Shown here piece by piece: positions 25,101 to 36,280 of a DNA stretch of 64,000 bases. Location: contig NC_042999.1 of NCBI RefSeq assembly GCF_006345805.1, positions 43,958,001-44,022,000 on the forward strand, written 5' to 3'. Positions within the stretch are counted from its first letter, which is position 1, and the number at the start of each line of letters is the position of its first letter. The notes beneath the pieces were generated by a model. The model searched no databases. It was not told the DNA's origin and was given only the letters and a program-made list of their open reading frames with translations. A program made the position numbers and the translations under genes. Origin of the DNA: Octopus sinensis. Its lineage: Eukaryota.

Positions 25101-26334
25101 CAGAACATCAGGCAATGAACAGGTATTCAATTTCAATTGATTATAACCTTCCCTAACATTTGCATCCTTGGGATAATGTTGGAAGTCGTTAATTAATAGA
25201 AATAACAGCACACCAGGGAATTCATCCTCAACGATCCCAATTTTATCAACAGATTCCAGAAACAAAACAGAACTTGGTGGCAATAATGAGAAAGCTGTAA
25301 AATTGATTGAATGTTAAGATGTACTGTATTTGCCAATAATCATAATGGTGAAATGGTTAGAAAGATTACAGCATGAGATTGAATGAAATATTATATTGAA
25401 GCAGAAATGTGGTAATTAAATATGGTTATGTTTATCGAGGAAGAGAGTGTTTCCAGATATGCTTCAACCACAGCACATGTGGCTTTCTCTTCTTTTCGTC
25501 AGTAAAGGGCTTGCGCATGAAATACAATCTTTTCCTTTGCTCACGGATTTTATCTGTTGCTGACACAGACCCTCATTGGTTTTCTCCAGGTTTGGATTTT
25601 ACTTATGATATGGAGTTAAATCCTTTTACCGTTCAATGTTCAAATCTCACTAGGAACAACTGTGTCCCTTTCATTCTCCTGGGCTCTTTGCTCCATCTCA
25701 CCCCACCACTGCACTATATTGATAAAGTAAGTACTAGTTACTTGTTAATAACTCGTCAAAATATTGACTAAATTGTCTGTATCTCTACCTAAAATTTTAG
25801 GCCTTACTCTATCATAACTTAAAACAATAACAAAAGCTTGTTGTCATTGTTACATTAGTTTTTCAATACTGGCATAGGTTGGACAGGACATCTTGAAGCG
25901 ATGCTTCAAACCAGATACTCTTTCTGATACCAACAGTTGTTCCATGTTACAACATGCAGGAATAATATAAAGCAGATGTATAAAATAGTTGGTTAAATAG
26001 ATGAGGAAATAAGGCATTTTCTCAAGCATTAGTATTATAGTAAATGACCAGGTATATAAGACACAAGGAATTTTGGGAGTGAGACTTTTTTACAAATATA
26101 AAAAAAGTGTTATATATGTTGAAAATGTGCACCTGGTTGTTGCTGTTGTTTGGCCCCTAAATCAGCTCTAATAGGGCAGACTCCATAATTAAAATCATTT
26201 CAGGCATTATGTACTCTCTTCTGGCCTACATTATCCAATGTGTATTTAAGTCTGTAGTGTTTGAATTGAGGGAAAGTTGGCTGTTATTTTTAGCAGATCA
26301 AGTGACCATTTAAATTCTGGCTCATAGAACTTTT

Positions 26335-26690
26335 GGTTACCTTTTGCTTGTTTTAGTCTTAGGACTTATTTTTTAAAGTCTGGTGCTTATTCTATTGCTT
26401 TCTATGCTGAACAGCTAAGTTATGGGGATGTAAACAAACCAACACCAGTTGTCAAGTGGTAATGGTGGTGGGACAAGCACAGGCAAAAACATGCATACAC
26501 AGATACAAAGACACACATACACATGTATATATGACCAGCTTCAAAACAGTTTCCATTTACTAAATTCATTCACAAGACATTGGTCAGCCCAGGGTTGTAG
26601 GTGACACTTGCCTTAGGTGTTGCACCATGGAGCTGAACCTGAGACCAAGTGGATACAAAGTGAACTTCTTAACTATATAGCCTATAATGC
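26335..26690 (-). mobile_element. SINE family B, degenerate
   Basis: Reverse complement of the B tail (GCTAAGTTATGGGGATGTAAACAAACCAACACC) and of the head. Confidence 0.75.
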
Positions 26691-27271
26691 TATCTAGATA
26701 ACAAATACAAAGACAGCGTCAACTCAGGGAGTGAAAGACAAAAAAAAGGAATGTGAAATTTCATGTTGCAAATTGACTAAATATTCTTCTTATTACAATT
26801 TATAAACAGTGAAGCAACTAAATTTCATTTGTTAAAAGCTTTTTGCTTCCTTTTTCTTTCATTCATTCATTCATATTTTATTTCCTTCTTCATTCTTGTA
26901 TTTAAAAAAACTACATATTTCAAAAGTAGCTGATTAGTTTAGATCATTGTGTATGATCAATTGAATATTCCAAATATTTGCACCATGCTGATGGCATCAG
27001 TTGACTAATTCAGTTGGTGTGGTTGATTCAGCGTTCAACATCTCCAAGCATTTTGCAACCTGCTATGTACTGTAGTTATTACCATGTATAAAATAGTACT
27101 GCAAATCTACTTTGCTCTACCTTCTCAGTTAATGTGGAACAGTGGCAGTTCATAATGTTTCTCTCTTTGTCATGTTGCAGCAGTTCATGGAAAACATTTT
27201 ATATGTTGCCTATCCAGATCGGTTTATCCATGTCTCTGGTTTCTGTGAGTGTGCATGTGTGTGTGTGTATA

Positions 27272-27758
27272 CAGGGTGGGGCAAAAGTCATTCACCAGTA
27301 AAATAACACTTGGCATAGGAGTGGCTGTGTGGTAAGTAGCTTATGAACCACATGGTTCTGGGTTCAGTCCCACTGTGTGGCACCTTGGGCAAGTGTCTTC
27401 TACTATAGCCTTGGGCCGACCAAAGCCTTGTTAGTGGGTTTGGTAGGTAGAAACTGAAAGAAGCCTGTCGTATATATATACGTGTGTGTGTGTATATATG
27501 TTTGTGTCTGTGTTTGTCCCCCCCAACATCGCTTGACAATGGATGCTTGTGTGTTTACGTCCCCATAACTTAGCGGTTCAGCAAAAGAGACTGATAGAAT
27601 AAGTACTAGGCTTACAAAGAATAAGTCCTGGGGTCGATTTGCTCGACTAAATGCGGTGCTCCAGCATGGCCACAGTCACCTGTCACCTGACTGAAACAAG
27701 TAAGAGTAAATGTGATAAACATTCATAAAATGTGGTGTGTGACTTATGCATCACCCTG
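27272..27758. mobile_element. Tiny Tc1/mariner-type MITE with a nested SINE B
   Basis: TA|CAGGGTGGGGCAAAAGTCA ... TGACTTATGCATCACCCTG|TA. The interior 27312-27707 is a full SINE B. Confidence 0.7.
27312..27707 (+). mobile_element. SINE family B, near consensus
   Basis: GGAGTGGCTGTGTGGTAAG ... GGTTCAGTCCCACTG tRNA-like A/B boxes, complete through GACTGAAACAAGTAAGAG. Confidence 0.9.
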
Positions 27759-28029
27759 TATATTGTGGACCCTATATTTAATACAATGTGTTTCTCAATT
27801 AGCCCAAGGGTTGATGATATACTCAGTTGGGTTCAATTAATTATATACATAACTTGAATATCTTTATTCCCTGTATTCATCTGTAGTTGCTGTGTATGCA
27901 TTTTAATTTTGACCCAACCCAGTGCCTTATTCACCTGAACCTTATATATATATATATATATATATAATTTTAATCCAAAAGGGAAACAAAAAAACAACAA
28001 CAACAGGAACAATTACAGTATTATTATTA

Positions 28030-28869
28030 ATAGGCGCTCAGGAGATGGAAGCAGGGGGGTATGACGTTTCGAGCGGAGCTCTTCGTCGGAAACATAAAGA
28101 AGGAAGAGAGAGGAAAGAAAGATCCCAGAGCGGGCAACAGGGAAAGAGAAAAAAGACGACTGGTGTTTACGAGTTGCACATGGTGAAAGGCGGATGTTGA
28201 CGAAACAAGAGCAAAGTGGGTTTTTAAAGGCAAAAGAGTGGAGACAAGGTTGGTAACCCAACAGGTGTCTGTGTATGTGTGAGTGTGTGCGTGTGCGTGT
28301 GTGTATGTGTGTGTGTGAGGCGAGATGAAAAAACAAAAAAAATATATGTGTGTGTTAGTGTGTGCGTCTGTGTGTAGGCGTGTGGGGTAGGGCGAGACTA
28401 GTGGTCAGCTAGCAGACAGGTCAGTAGTGAGAAAAAGAAGGAAGGAGGAAGGGAGGTCAGTAGTAAGAAAAAGAAGGAAGGAGGAAGGGAGGGAGGGGAA
28501 GGGGTGGGGGCGTATGTAGCGTGCCAGCGTGTGTTGAGTAGTAGTGTGTGTGTGTGTGCAGTGTCGTGGTGGTATTAATGGCGAGTAGATTGAATGTGTG
28601 TGAGAGTGATGTATATATATAGGCAAGGTGTGTATATGTGTGCGCGTGTGTGTAACGAAAAAAAAGGGGGGGTTTAAGGAAAAAGGACTCCAGCTGAGGG
28701 GAAGATGGAAGAGTGGTACCGCGGAGACAGGCGTGGGAAAACCCAACGACACGCGACGGTCCCAGGAACGGGCGGGAGGTCTCGTCAGGTCCAAGGGCGA
28801 GGTGTATGCGGCGCGTATGCAACGCGAGCCGGCGCAAGTGCGTGTGTGGGCGTGCCTGCGAGTATGCGC
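28030..28869 (+). promoter_or_regulatory. CpG-rich candidate promoter or non-coding first exon
   Basis: Dense CpG in non-SINE sequence (28030-28200 and 28690-28870), in a window that is otherwise CpG-poor. Ends at a consensus donor CGC|GTAAGT at 28870. Confidence 0.45.
28419..28492. repeat. Purine-rich 37-bp tandem duplication
   Basis: GGTCAGTAGT(G/A)AGAAAAAGAAGGAAGGAGGAAGGGA occurs twice. Confidence 0.88.
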
Positions 28870-29172
28870 GTAAGTATGTATGTGTGTGGATGTGTGAGTG
28901 TGTCTGTGTGTATGTCTGGGTGGCAGTGTGTCCGATGAATGTATGTATGTGTGTGCATAGATGTATGTCCGTGTGTGTGTGTGTGTGTGTGTATGTGTGT
29001 GAGTGTGTATGTATGTACGTGTGGGTGTGGGGAAGTGTGTGTATGTGCATGTGTGTGCGCGTACATACAGGTGTGTGAGTGAGTGTGTGTGTGTGTATGT
29101 ATGTGTGAGTGTGTATGTATGTGTGTGTCGGATGCATGTATGTGTATGGGTGTATGCATGCGTGTGTGTATG

Positions 29173-29218
<46 letters not shown>

Positions 29219-29232
29219 TATATATACACACA
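28870..29232. repeat. Degenerate (TG)n/(TA)n microsatellite
   Basis: Direct reading. Confidence 0.92.
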
Positions 29233-29309
29233 CACTCATATTACTCTACCACTGGTATTTGAGTACTCTTTTTTCCACCTTATTTCACATTTATGTGTTT
29301 ACTCCGATA

Positions 29310-29570
29310 TATCAGCCTCGCCTGGCCCTCGTGCCGGTGGCACATAAAAAGCACCATCCGTTCGTGGCCGTTTGCCAGCTGTGTCTGGCACCAGTGCGGG
29401 TGGCACGTAAAAAGCACCCACTATACTCACGGAGTGGTTGGCGTTAGGAAGGGCATCCAGCCGTAGAAACACTGCCAGATTTGACTGGGCCTGATGAAGC
29501 CTTCTGGCTTCACAGACCCCAGTAGAACCGTCCAACCCATGCTAGCATGGAAAACGGACGCTAAATGATG

Positions 29571-29576
<6 letters not shown>
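29310..29576 (+). mobile_element. Retroposon family D
   Basis: GGTGGCACGTAAAAAGCACCCAC...GGCGTTAGGAAGGGCATCCAGCCGTAGAAAC...GCTAAATGATGATGATG. Confidence 0.88.
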
Positions 29577-29607
<31 letters not shown>

Positions 29608-30516
29608 GAGTAATGGTGCTAAGCAGTATTTACATATAATCACAATTTAGGTTAGTTGAAATATATGTGTAACATATTTCAACTGCTAAAGGGCAAATAC
29701 ACTGCAGTTACCATGCAGTAAATATCTTTATGGTAAAAAGGTGTGAAATACCCCATTTGTTCAGTGTTGCCCTCTCTCAGGAATCTCAGACATCGATGTT
29801 TCAAGTTTATTGACTTTATTGAGTTTATTGCCTTTAGCAGTTGAAATTGGAGGGAGATGGATTCTGACCATCTCCCTCCAATCTACATTATATGACAGGC
29901 TTCTTTCAGTTTCTGTCTATTAAATCCATTTTGGTCAGCCCAAGGCTATAGTAGAAGACACTTGTCCAAGATGCCATGCAGTGGGATTGAACCTAGAATC
30001 ATGTGGTTGAGAAGCAAGCTTCTTAGCACACAGCCATGCCTGTGCCTTTTTGTTAGCTTTCTTTGTATGTTCAAATGAATAAAAAAGAAAAAATTATCCT
30101 TTATTGCCTGTTTCCGTTTTGATCTTTTGTATAAAACAAAGTAATCAATTTTCAATAATACAAACAAGTAATCAATTACAATATCAAAGAATTCATAATT
30201 TTGTTGGTCATGTGACTCCTTTCAGATTACTAATTTAGAATATACCGACAGAAATGAAATTATCTGTGTGACCAAGTAGAGAAGCTCTATATTTAATTCT
30301 AAATAGTAATTGTAGAAGTAGTAGTAGTAGTAGCACCCCTACCACCATCTGTAGTGGGTATGATGAGATGACTGGTTTGAAATGTAACACCTATTTGTTC
30401 TGTGAAATACCGAACCTGTGCCAACATGAAACTTGGTCAACTTAAAGAGAGAGAAATAAAATTTTGGATATGGGACAAATGCTTCTCATTCTAGGTTTAT
30501 AGGTCAGAAACTGAAA

Positions 30517-30997
30517 ATCATCATCATCATCATCATTTAACATCTGCTTTTCATGCTAGCATGGGTTGGACAGTTCAACTGAGGTCTGTGAAGCCAGAAG
30601 GCTGCATCAGGCCCAGTCTGATCTGGCAGTGTTTCTATGGCTGGATGCCCTTCCTAACGCCAACCACTCCGTGAGTGTAGTGGGTGGTTTTTACGTGCCA
30701 CCCGCACAGGTGCCAGACGGAGCTGGCAAACGGCCCCAGACGGATGGTGCTTTTTACATACCATCGGCACGGGGGCCAGGTGAGGCTGGCAATGGCCACG
30801 AACGGATGGTGCTTTTACGTGCCACCGGCCACGAACAGATGGTGCTTTTACATGCCACGAACGGATGGTGCTATGTGCCACCGGCATGGGGGCCAGGTGA
30901 GGCTGGCAACGGCCACGAACGGATGGTGCTTTTTACGTGCCACCGGCACGGAGGCCAGTTGGGGCGGTGCTGGCCACGGCCACAATCGGATGGTTAG
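30517..30997 (-). mobile_element. Retroposon family D with expanded internal repeats
   Basis: (CAT)n tail, core, and repeated CCACGAACGGATGGTGCTTTTACGTGCCACCGGC. Confidence 0.88.
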
Positions 30998-31019
30998 GAT
31001 GTATAAAATCATATATATT

Positions 31020-31770
31020 ACATTATCATGGTTCCAAGTTCAATCCCACTGCATGGCATCTTGGGCAAGTGTCTTCTACTATAGTCCTGGGTTGACCGAA
31101 GCCTTGTGAGTGGATTTTGTAGATGGAAGCTAAAAGAAGTATGTCATGTTAAAAGTCAATGTTAATAAAGCTTGGATCACAAACAACAAAGGCTATTTAT
31201 GTTCTTTTTGCTACATTTGCTGCTGCTGTGGTCTTTGTGTTTGACTCTGGTGCTGGTTTGTTTATGTCCCCTGTAACTTAACAGATTGGTGAAAGAGACT
31301 GACAGAATAAGTAGCAGACTTCAAAAAATAGGTACTGGGACCATTTTAGCTTGCTTACGAACCACATGGTTTCGGGTTCTGTCCAACTGCATGGCACCTT
31401 GGGCAAGTGTCTTGTACTATAGCCTCGAGCTGACCAAAGCCTTGTGAGTGAATTTGGTAGATGGAAACTGAAAGAAACCCGTCCTATATGTATGTGTGTG
31501 TGTGTATATGTTTCTGTGTCTGTTTGTCCCCCCTACATCACTTGACAACTGATGCTGGTGTGTTTACGTCCCCATTACTTAGTGGTTTGGCAAAAGTGAC
31601 TGATAGAATAAGTACTAGGCTTACAAAGAATAAGTCCTGGGGTGGATTTGCTCGACTAAAAGTGGTGCACCAGCATGGCCACAGTCAAATGACTGAAACA
31701 AGTAAAAGAGAAAAAGATAGTAAGGCAGTGCCCCAGCATGGCCGCAGTCCAGTGACTGAAACAAGTAAGA
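31020..31770 (+). mobile_element. Two tandem SINE B copies; the second has a duplicated tail
   Basis: B heads at about 31025 and 31350. CCAGCATGGCC.CAGTC.A.TGACTGAAACAAGTAA occurs twice at 31671-31770. Confidence 0.8.
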
Positions 31771-32344
31771 CAAAAGATGCCACTATGAAATTACCCTTCA
31801 GTACTGTGTTACATATTTGCATGTTTATATGAATGAATGATACATGTCTCTGTACATATGTATAGACACACACACTTCATATGCATAAAGGGGATTGTTC
31901 AAACATACATATTTATATACGTATATTATATAGTAGTAGGACATTGTTTTGACAGGTAATTTGAAGGGCTTAACTAGATCCCTATGTATTTATTGCCACA
32001 CATTGACTTCAAAAAGGCAGTTTTATTGTTGTGGGACTTGAACTTTAAATGACCTCATTGATCTGACTAGCTCAATGAAGCCTTTGCACCTAATATTACT
32101 GAGTGTAATCGTTCTTTTCCTCTCTGCACAATGAACTAAACTAAATGACATTTTTCTTTCCTTCTCTTCCTAGTGCTTGATCTATTAAATGTGTTTAGCC
32201 TTGCTAGTAAGACCAAACAATTCCTTATTCTTGTTACCCTTTAACTGGCTGTAGGTTGTTGGTGTTAAAAGTCGATGTAAAGATTGGATCACAATAAACA
32301 ATAACGAAGTCTGTTATGTTCGTTTTGTTACAATTGCTGCTGTG

Positions 32345-32848
32345 ATCTCCATATGACGTTGATTGCGGTGATCTATCTTCATGTAACGTTGACTACTGCG
32401 ATCTTTTTGCAGCATTATCTGCTGTGTCTTTTCTGACGTTAACTATTCTGATCATTTTTCTGATCATTAACTATTATGGTCATTTTCTGACCGTTAGATG
32501 CTGTGGTAATTTTCTGACGTTAGCTATTCTTTTTTTTTCTTCCTGACGTTAACCACTGTAGTCATTCTTTTTCCTTCTGACGTTAAGCTGCTGTAGCCTA
32601 TTTTCTGGCGTTAACTGTTGTGGCTTTTTCTTCTTCTGATGTTATTTGCTGTAATCATTTTCTGACCGTTAGAACGTTGTAATTTTTGGCGTTATCTACC
32701 ATGGTTCATTTTCTAGCGTTCTCATATCATCTGCCATGTTTTTTTTAGTTAGTTGTCTTGGTCTTTTTTTTCTAACGTTAACTGTTGTGGTCTTTTTTGC
32801 CTCACGTTAGATGCCGTGGCTTTATTGATTTTGTCTGCTGTAGATCTT
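32345..32848. repeat. Degenerate ~26-30-bp minisatellite (TTTTCTGACGTTAACT..TG)
   Basis: Recurrent TTTTCTGACGTTA and variants about every 26-34 bp. Confidence 0.8.
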
Positions 32849-33010
32849 TGACGTCGGCCGCTAAAATCGACAAATGACGTCGGCTGCGACGGTCGGCACG
32901 TGACGTTGGCTGCGACGGTCGGCATGTGACGTCGGCTGCAACGGTCGACACTTGACGTCAGCTGTTACGGTCGGCACGTGGCGTCGGCACGTGACGTCGG
33001 CTGCTACGGT
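32849..33010. repeat. 26-bp GC-rich minisatellite TGACGTCGGCTGCGACGGTCGGCACG
   Basis: Units start at 32849, 32875, 32901, 32927 and 32953, with partial units at 32979 and 32992. Confidence 0.92.
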
Positions 33011-33425
33011 TTTTTGTTGTTGACGTATTTGCTATGTTTATGAATTAAAAGATCAAATCGGTCTTCTAGCATAAAATGGCCTTGATAGATCGACACAATT
33101 ATAAGGATTAATTGTAGGCAACCATACGTGTGTTGGTATTAAAACGGTTGCTTACATAAAATTAAGTGATGAAAACCCTAGTCAATAGCAGTAGTTGAGT
33201 TTCAAAGCCTGCTTGATACTGTCAGTTTAGCACCTAAAATTCTTCAACTATATAAAATTTCTAAGGAACTAGTGATTGTCAGTCACCTGATAGTAAGGAT
33301 GGAAAGTATGTAAAATATAAAAAATATGATTGTTTTTTTTAAGCATATATGCACACAGTATTTCACTTTGAAGTAGCAAAAATGGTTAACAGTTGAAAAG
33401 AGAACAAATTTATTAAATCCTAGAT

Positions 33426-33884
33426 CAGGGATGGGCAACTTTATGTCAACCGAGGGCCGCATTGTACCATTTCCAAGTGGGAGAGGGCCGCATGACAAAA
33501 CACATATGCATGAAATATTACTTGCCCACTTTACACTGAATTTTTTGCAGTTCTTCTTAATTTTATGTCTTAGTTTGAAAGTTTACATTAAGCTGGTTTC
33601 TCTTTCATTATTTCCTAATGATGATTACTAGTGTCAATAAATTATAGTTGAAAATGTTGAGGTTAGAAGAAAAAAAAAAAATGAAAATTCATTGATATTT
33701 TATTAAAGAACAAATTTCACTATCTGTATCAATGAGATTTTTGCACATTCCCATTCTTTACCATATTTTCAATATTAGGTAGAATTTGAGATGTCGCTAC
33801 TCTTAGGTTATACTGCAAATTAGTAACCTAGAAACTCCTTAAGGGCCACACAACATGTCAATGGCTGTAGGTTGCCTATGCATG
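33426..33884. mobile_element. hAT (Charlie-like) MITE
   Basis: Termini CAGGGATGGGCAAC and GTTGCCTATGCATG. 8-bp TSD TCCTAGAT / TTCTAGAT (7 of 8 match), fitting the NTCTAGAN hAT target preference. Confidence 0.75.
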
Positions 33885-33896
33885 TTCTAGATGAAA

Positions 33897-34260
33897 TCTC
33901 TCTATATATAAACGGCAAAATGTCTGCGTGTGTGTCCTTTGTACAAATCCACAATCTTTCAGCTAGAGGGCTTGCACTTTCTATGGTCATTCAAAACCGT
34001 CCAAAGGTGGTCGTGCACATCTTTACATTTCCCCAGTCACCCCGTAAAGCCATTAAAAATTCAATAGAAGTGACTTTTTTGTGAATTTTTGATCCAAAAC
34101 CCAATCAAAATGCCCAAAACTCAATATGCCAATTGAATGCCAGTTAGCGGTATGTGTTTGGTTGGAGATTTGGACATTACTCACGTGTATGTGTGCACAC
34201 ACGCAGCTGTATATGCATGCACTAGCACCATGACCCGGCGTTGCCGGGTCATAGTGCTAG
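33897..34260 (+). mobile_element. Non-autonomous Helitron
   Basis: Starts A|TCTCTCTATATATAAA and ends with a GC-rich hairpin (GACCCGGC-GTT-GCCGGGTC) followed by CTAG|T. Inserted between A and T with no TSD. Confidence 0.8.
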
Positions 34261-35509
34261 TACAATATAAATGAAAAGCAGAACACCCACATTAGTTGAT
34301 AACTTATATTTAGAGAAGTCAACGACAACATCTTAACTAAGTCATAATCATATCTTATTAATGTTCTCCCCCTGCCATTTCCTAATCCCTTCTCAAGCTT
34401 TAGCCATCTTTACCAAGAATCCAAAAACAAAGTAAAGGGAGATGGATTAATGAAAAAATAATGATAATCATGTAGTGAGGAATCCTTAATAACCCCCAAT
34501 TTATTAATATTAAAAATGAAGGGAGCAAGTTAATCATTGACTTATTTAAGGAGATTAACTTGACACAAGCATATACCACAGTAATCCTTGAGGTACAGCA
34601 TTTGATATGCCTAAGCTGAAGCCATAAATAAATAAGGTAAAAAATCAGAGGGAGGAGTTTGCACGTGTGCGCGCACACACACACACACACAGATTCTTTA
34701 TCCCTTAAACATAGATACAATCAAGTTTTACAGTATTCTTTTATCCAGGTCACTCTTCCAGATATAGTTAACATTTCTCACTTGTATTGTCTTTCTTAAA
34801 TCTGTGACTCATCTTCAAACACCACCACCAGCTGGCCATTTGGGTGCTTTTCAGTTGGGTCCTTTAGCTGAATCCACTACTTGACAAGCATTGGGGGCCA
34901 GGTCACTGATATAAGGATAATTGCTGTAGCAATATGATTCATGGTTTCTTTATTCCAGCAGTCTTGGAAGCCCTGCCAAATATGCATGGGTGTTTCCCTT
35001 CCTCTGTGACTAAGCAATAAAAGAATATATTAATGATGGTGGTGGTAGTAGTAGTAGTAATAACCATTGGTTTAACATTCTCCTTTTCCATGCTTGCATG
35101 GGTCAGCAATATTCACTGAGGTGGATTTTCTTTAGCTAGATGCTCTTCCTGTCACCAACCCTCATGTTTTGAATCAAAGTAATATTTCCCCTGGTCCATT
35201 GAACACGGACAGAACAATGGCCCGATGTATTTTTTATGGGAGATTATAAATGAATGACACCACTTGTATGACAGTGGCATTTGTTTATAATTAGTGCTCA
35301 TTGTCAAGATGAGGAGACATATACACTTGAGAACACACACATGGACTTCTTTTACTTCCTGGCTACCAAATCCACTCATTAGGTTTTTGTTGGCTTGGGG
35401 CTGTAGAGCTGTAGTAGAAGATACTTGCCAAAGGTACTATGCAGTGGGACTGAATCTGAAACAACATGATGGTGAAGTAAACTTCTTAAATACATAGCCA
35501 TGCTTGTCC

Positions 35510-36270
35510 TAATAGTATTTCTAACATAGGCTGAAGGCCTGAAGTTTAAGGAAACGTTAGTTGAATGTAGGGTCTCCGCTATTTGAATAACACTTCATTT
35601 TATTGACCCTGAAAGGGTTCAAGCAAGGTTGACCTCAGAACATAAAGGTTCAAAGAAATATTGTAAGGCATTCTCTCCAATTTAATAATTGCTTCTAATT
35701 TAGAGAGACAGCTGGGAATTTTGAGAAGAGATGGATCTGCTGGTTACATCAACCCCAATGCTTAACTGCTACTTTTTATCAAACCCCAAATGACAGTTAG
35801 CCCTGGTGGGATTTGAACTAAAAACTAGAATTATAACTAGATACTGCAGGACATTTTATCTCATGTTCTAACAATTTTGCCAAGTAATTATAGTGATAAT
35901 AATAATTTAGGCACAAATTTGGTAATTTTGAGGGAAGAGAGTTAGTCACTACCATCAGTCCCATTTTATTGACTCTGAGTGGGGATGAAAGGCAAAGTTG
36001 GCATTGTCAAGATTTGAACTCAGAATGTAATCACTGAGGTATTTTCCCCCCTGCAATCTAACAGTTCTGCCTAATCCTTTCTACTATAAGCACAAGGCAT
36101 GAAAGTTTATGGGGAGGGAGCTAATTGATTACACTGACTTATTTTATTGATCCTGGTAGGATGAAAGGCAATGTCAGCCTTGGCAGAATTTGAACTCAGA
36201 ATGTAAAAACACATGCAATGCTGCAGAACATTTTGCTCAGTGTGCTAACAATTCTGCCAGCTCACTGCCA
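35510..36270 (-). mobile_element. Array of degenerate SINE A copies on the minus strand
   Basis: Repeated GATGAAAGGCAA....TTGGCAGAATTTGAACTCAGAA blocks. Confidence 0.65.
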
Positions 36271-36280
36271 TAAAATAATA

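Noticed and set aside
25056-25320. 75-aa minus-strand ORF and a short plus-strand open stretch
   Set aside because: There is no recognisable motif or convincing splice-site pair.
28405-29447. 260-276-aa minus-strand ORFs and overlapping plus-strand ORFs
   Set aside because: They are stop-poor because of (CA)n and GA-rich low complexity, and have no recognisable domain.
30566-31109. 141-143-aa ORFs
   Set aside because: They lie inside a family D retroposon. The same peptide fragments recur at other copies (17415, 29299, 53941).
32849-33010. Protein-coding tandem repeat
   Set aside because: The 26-bp unit is not a multiple of three, and the track shows no ORF.
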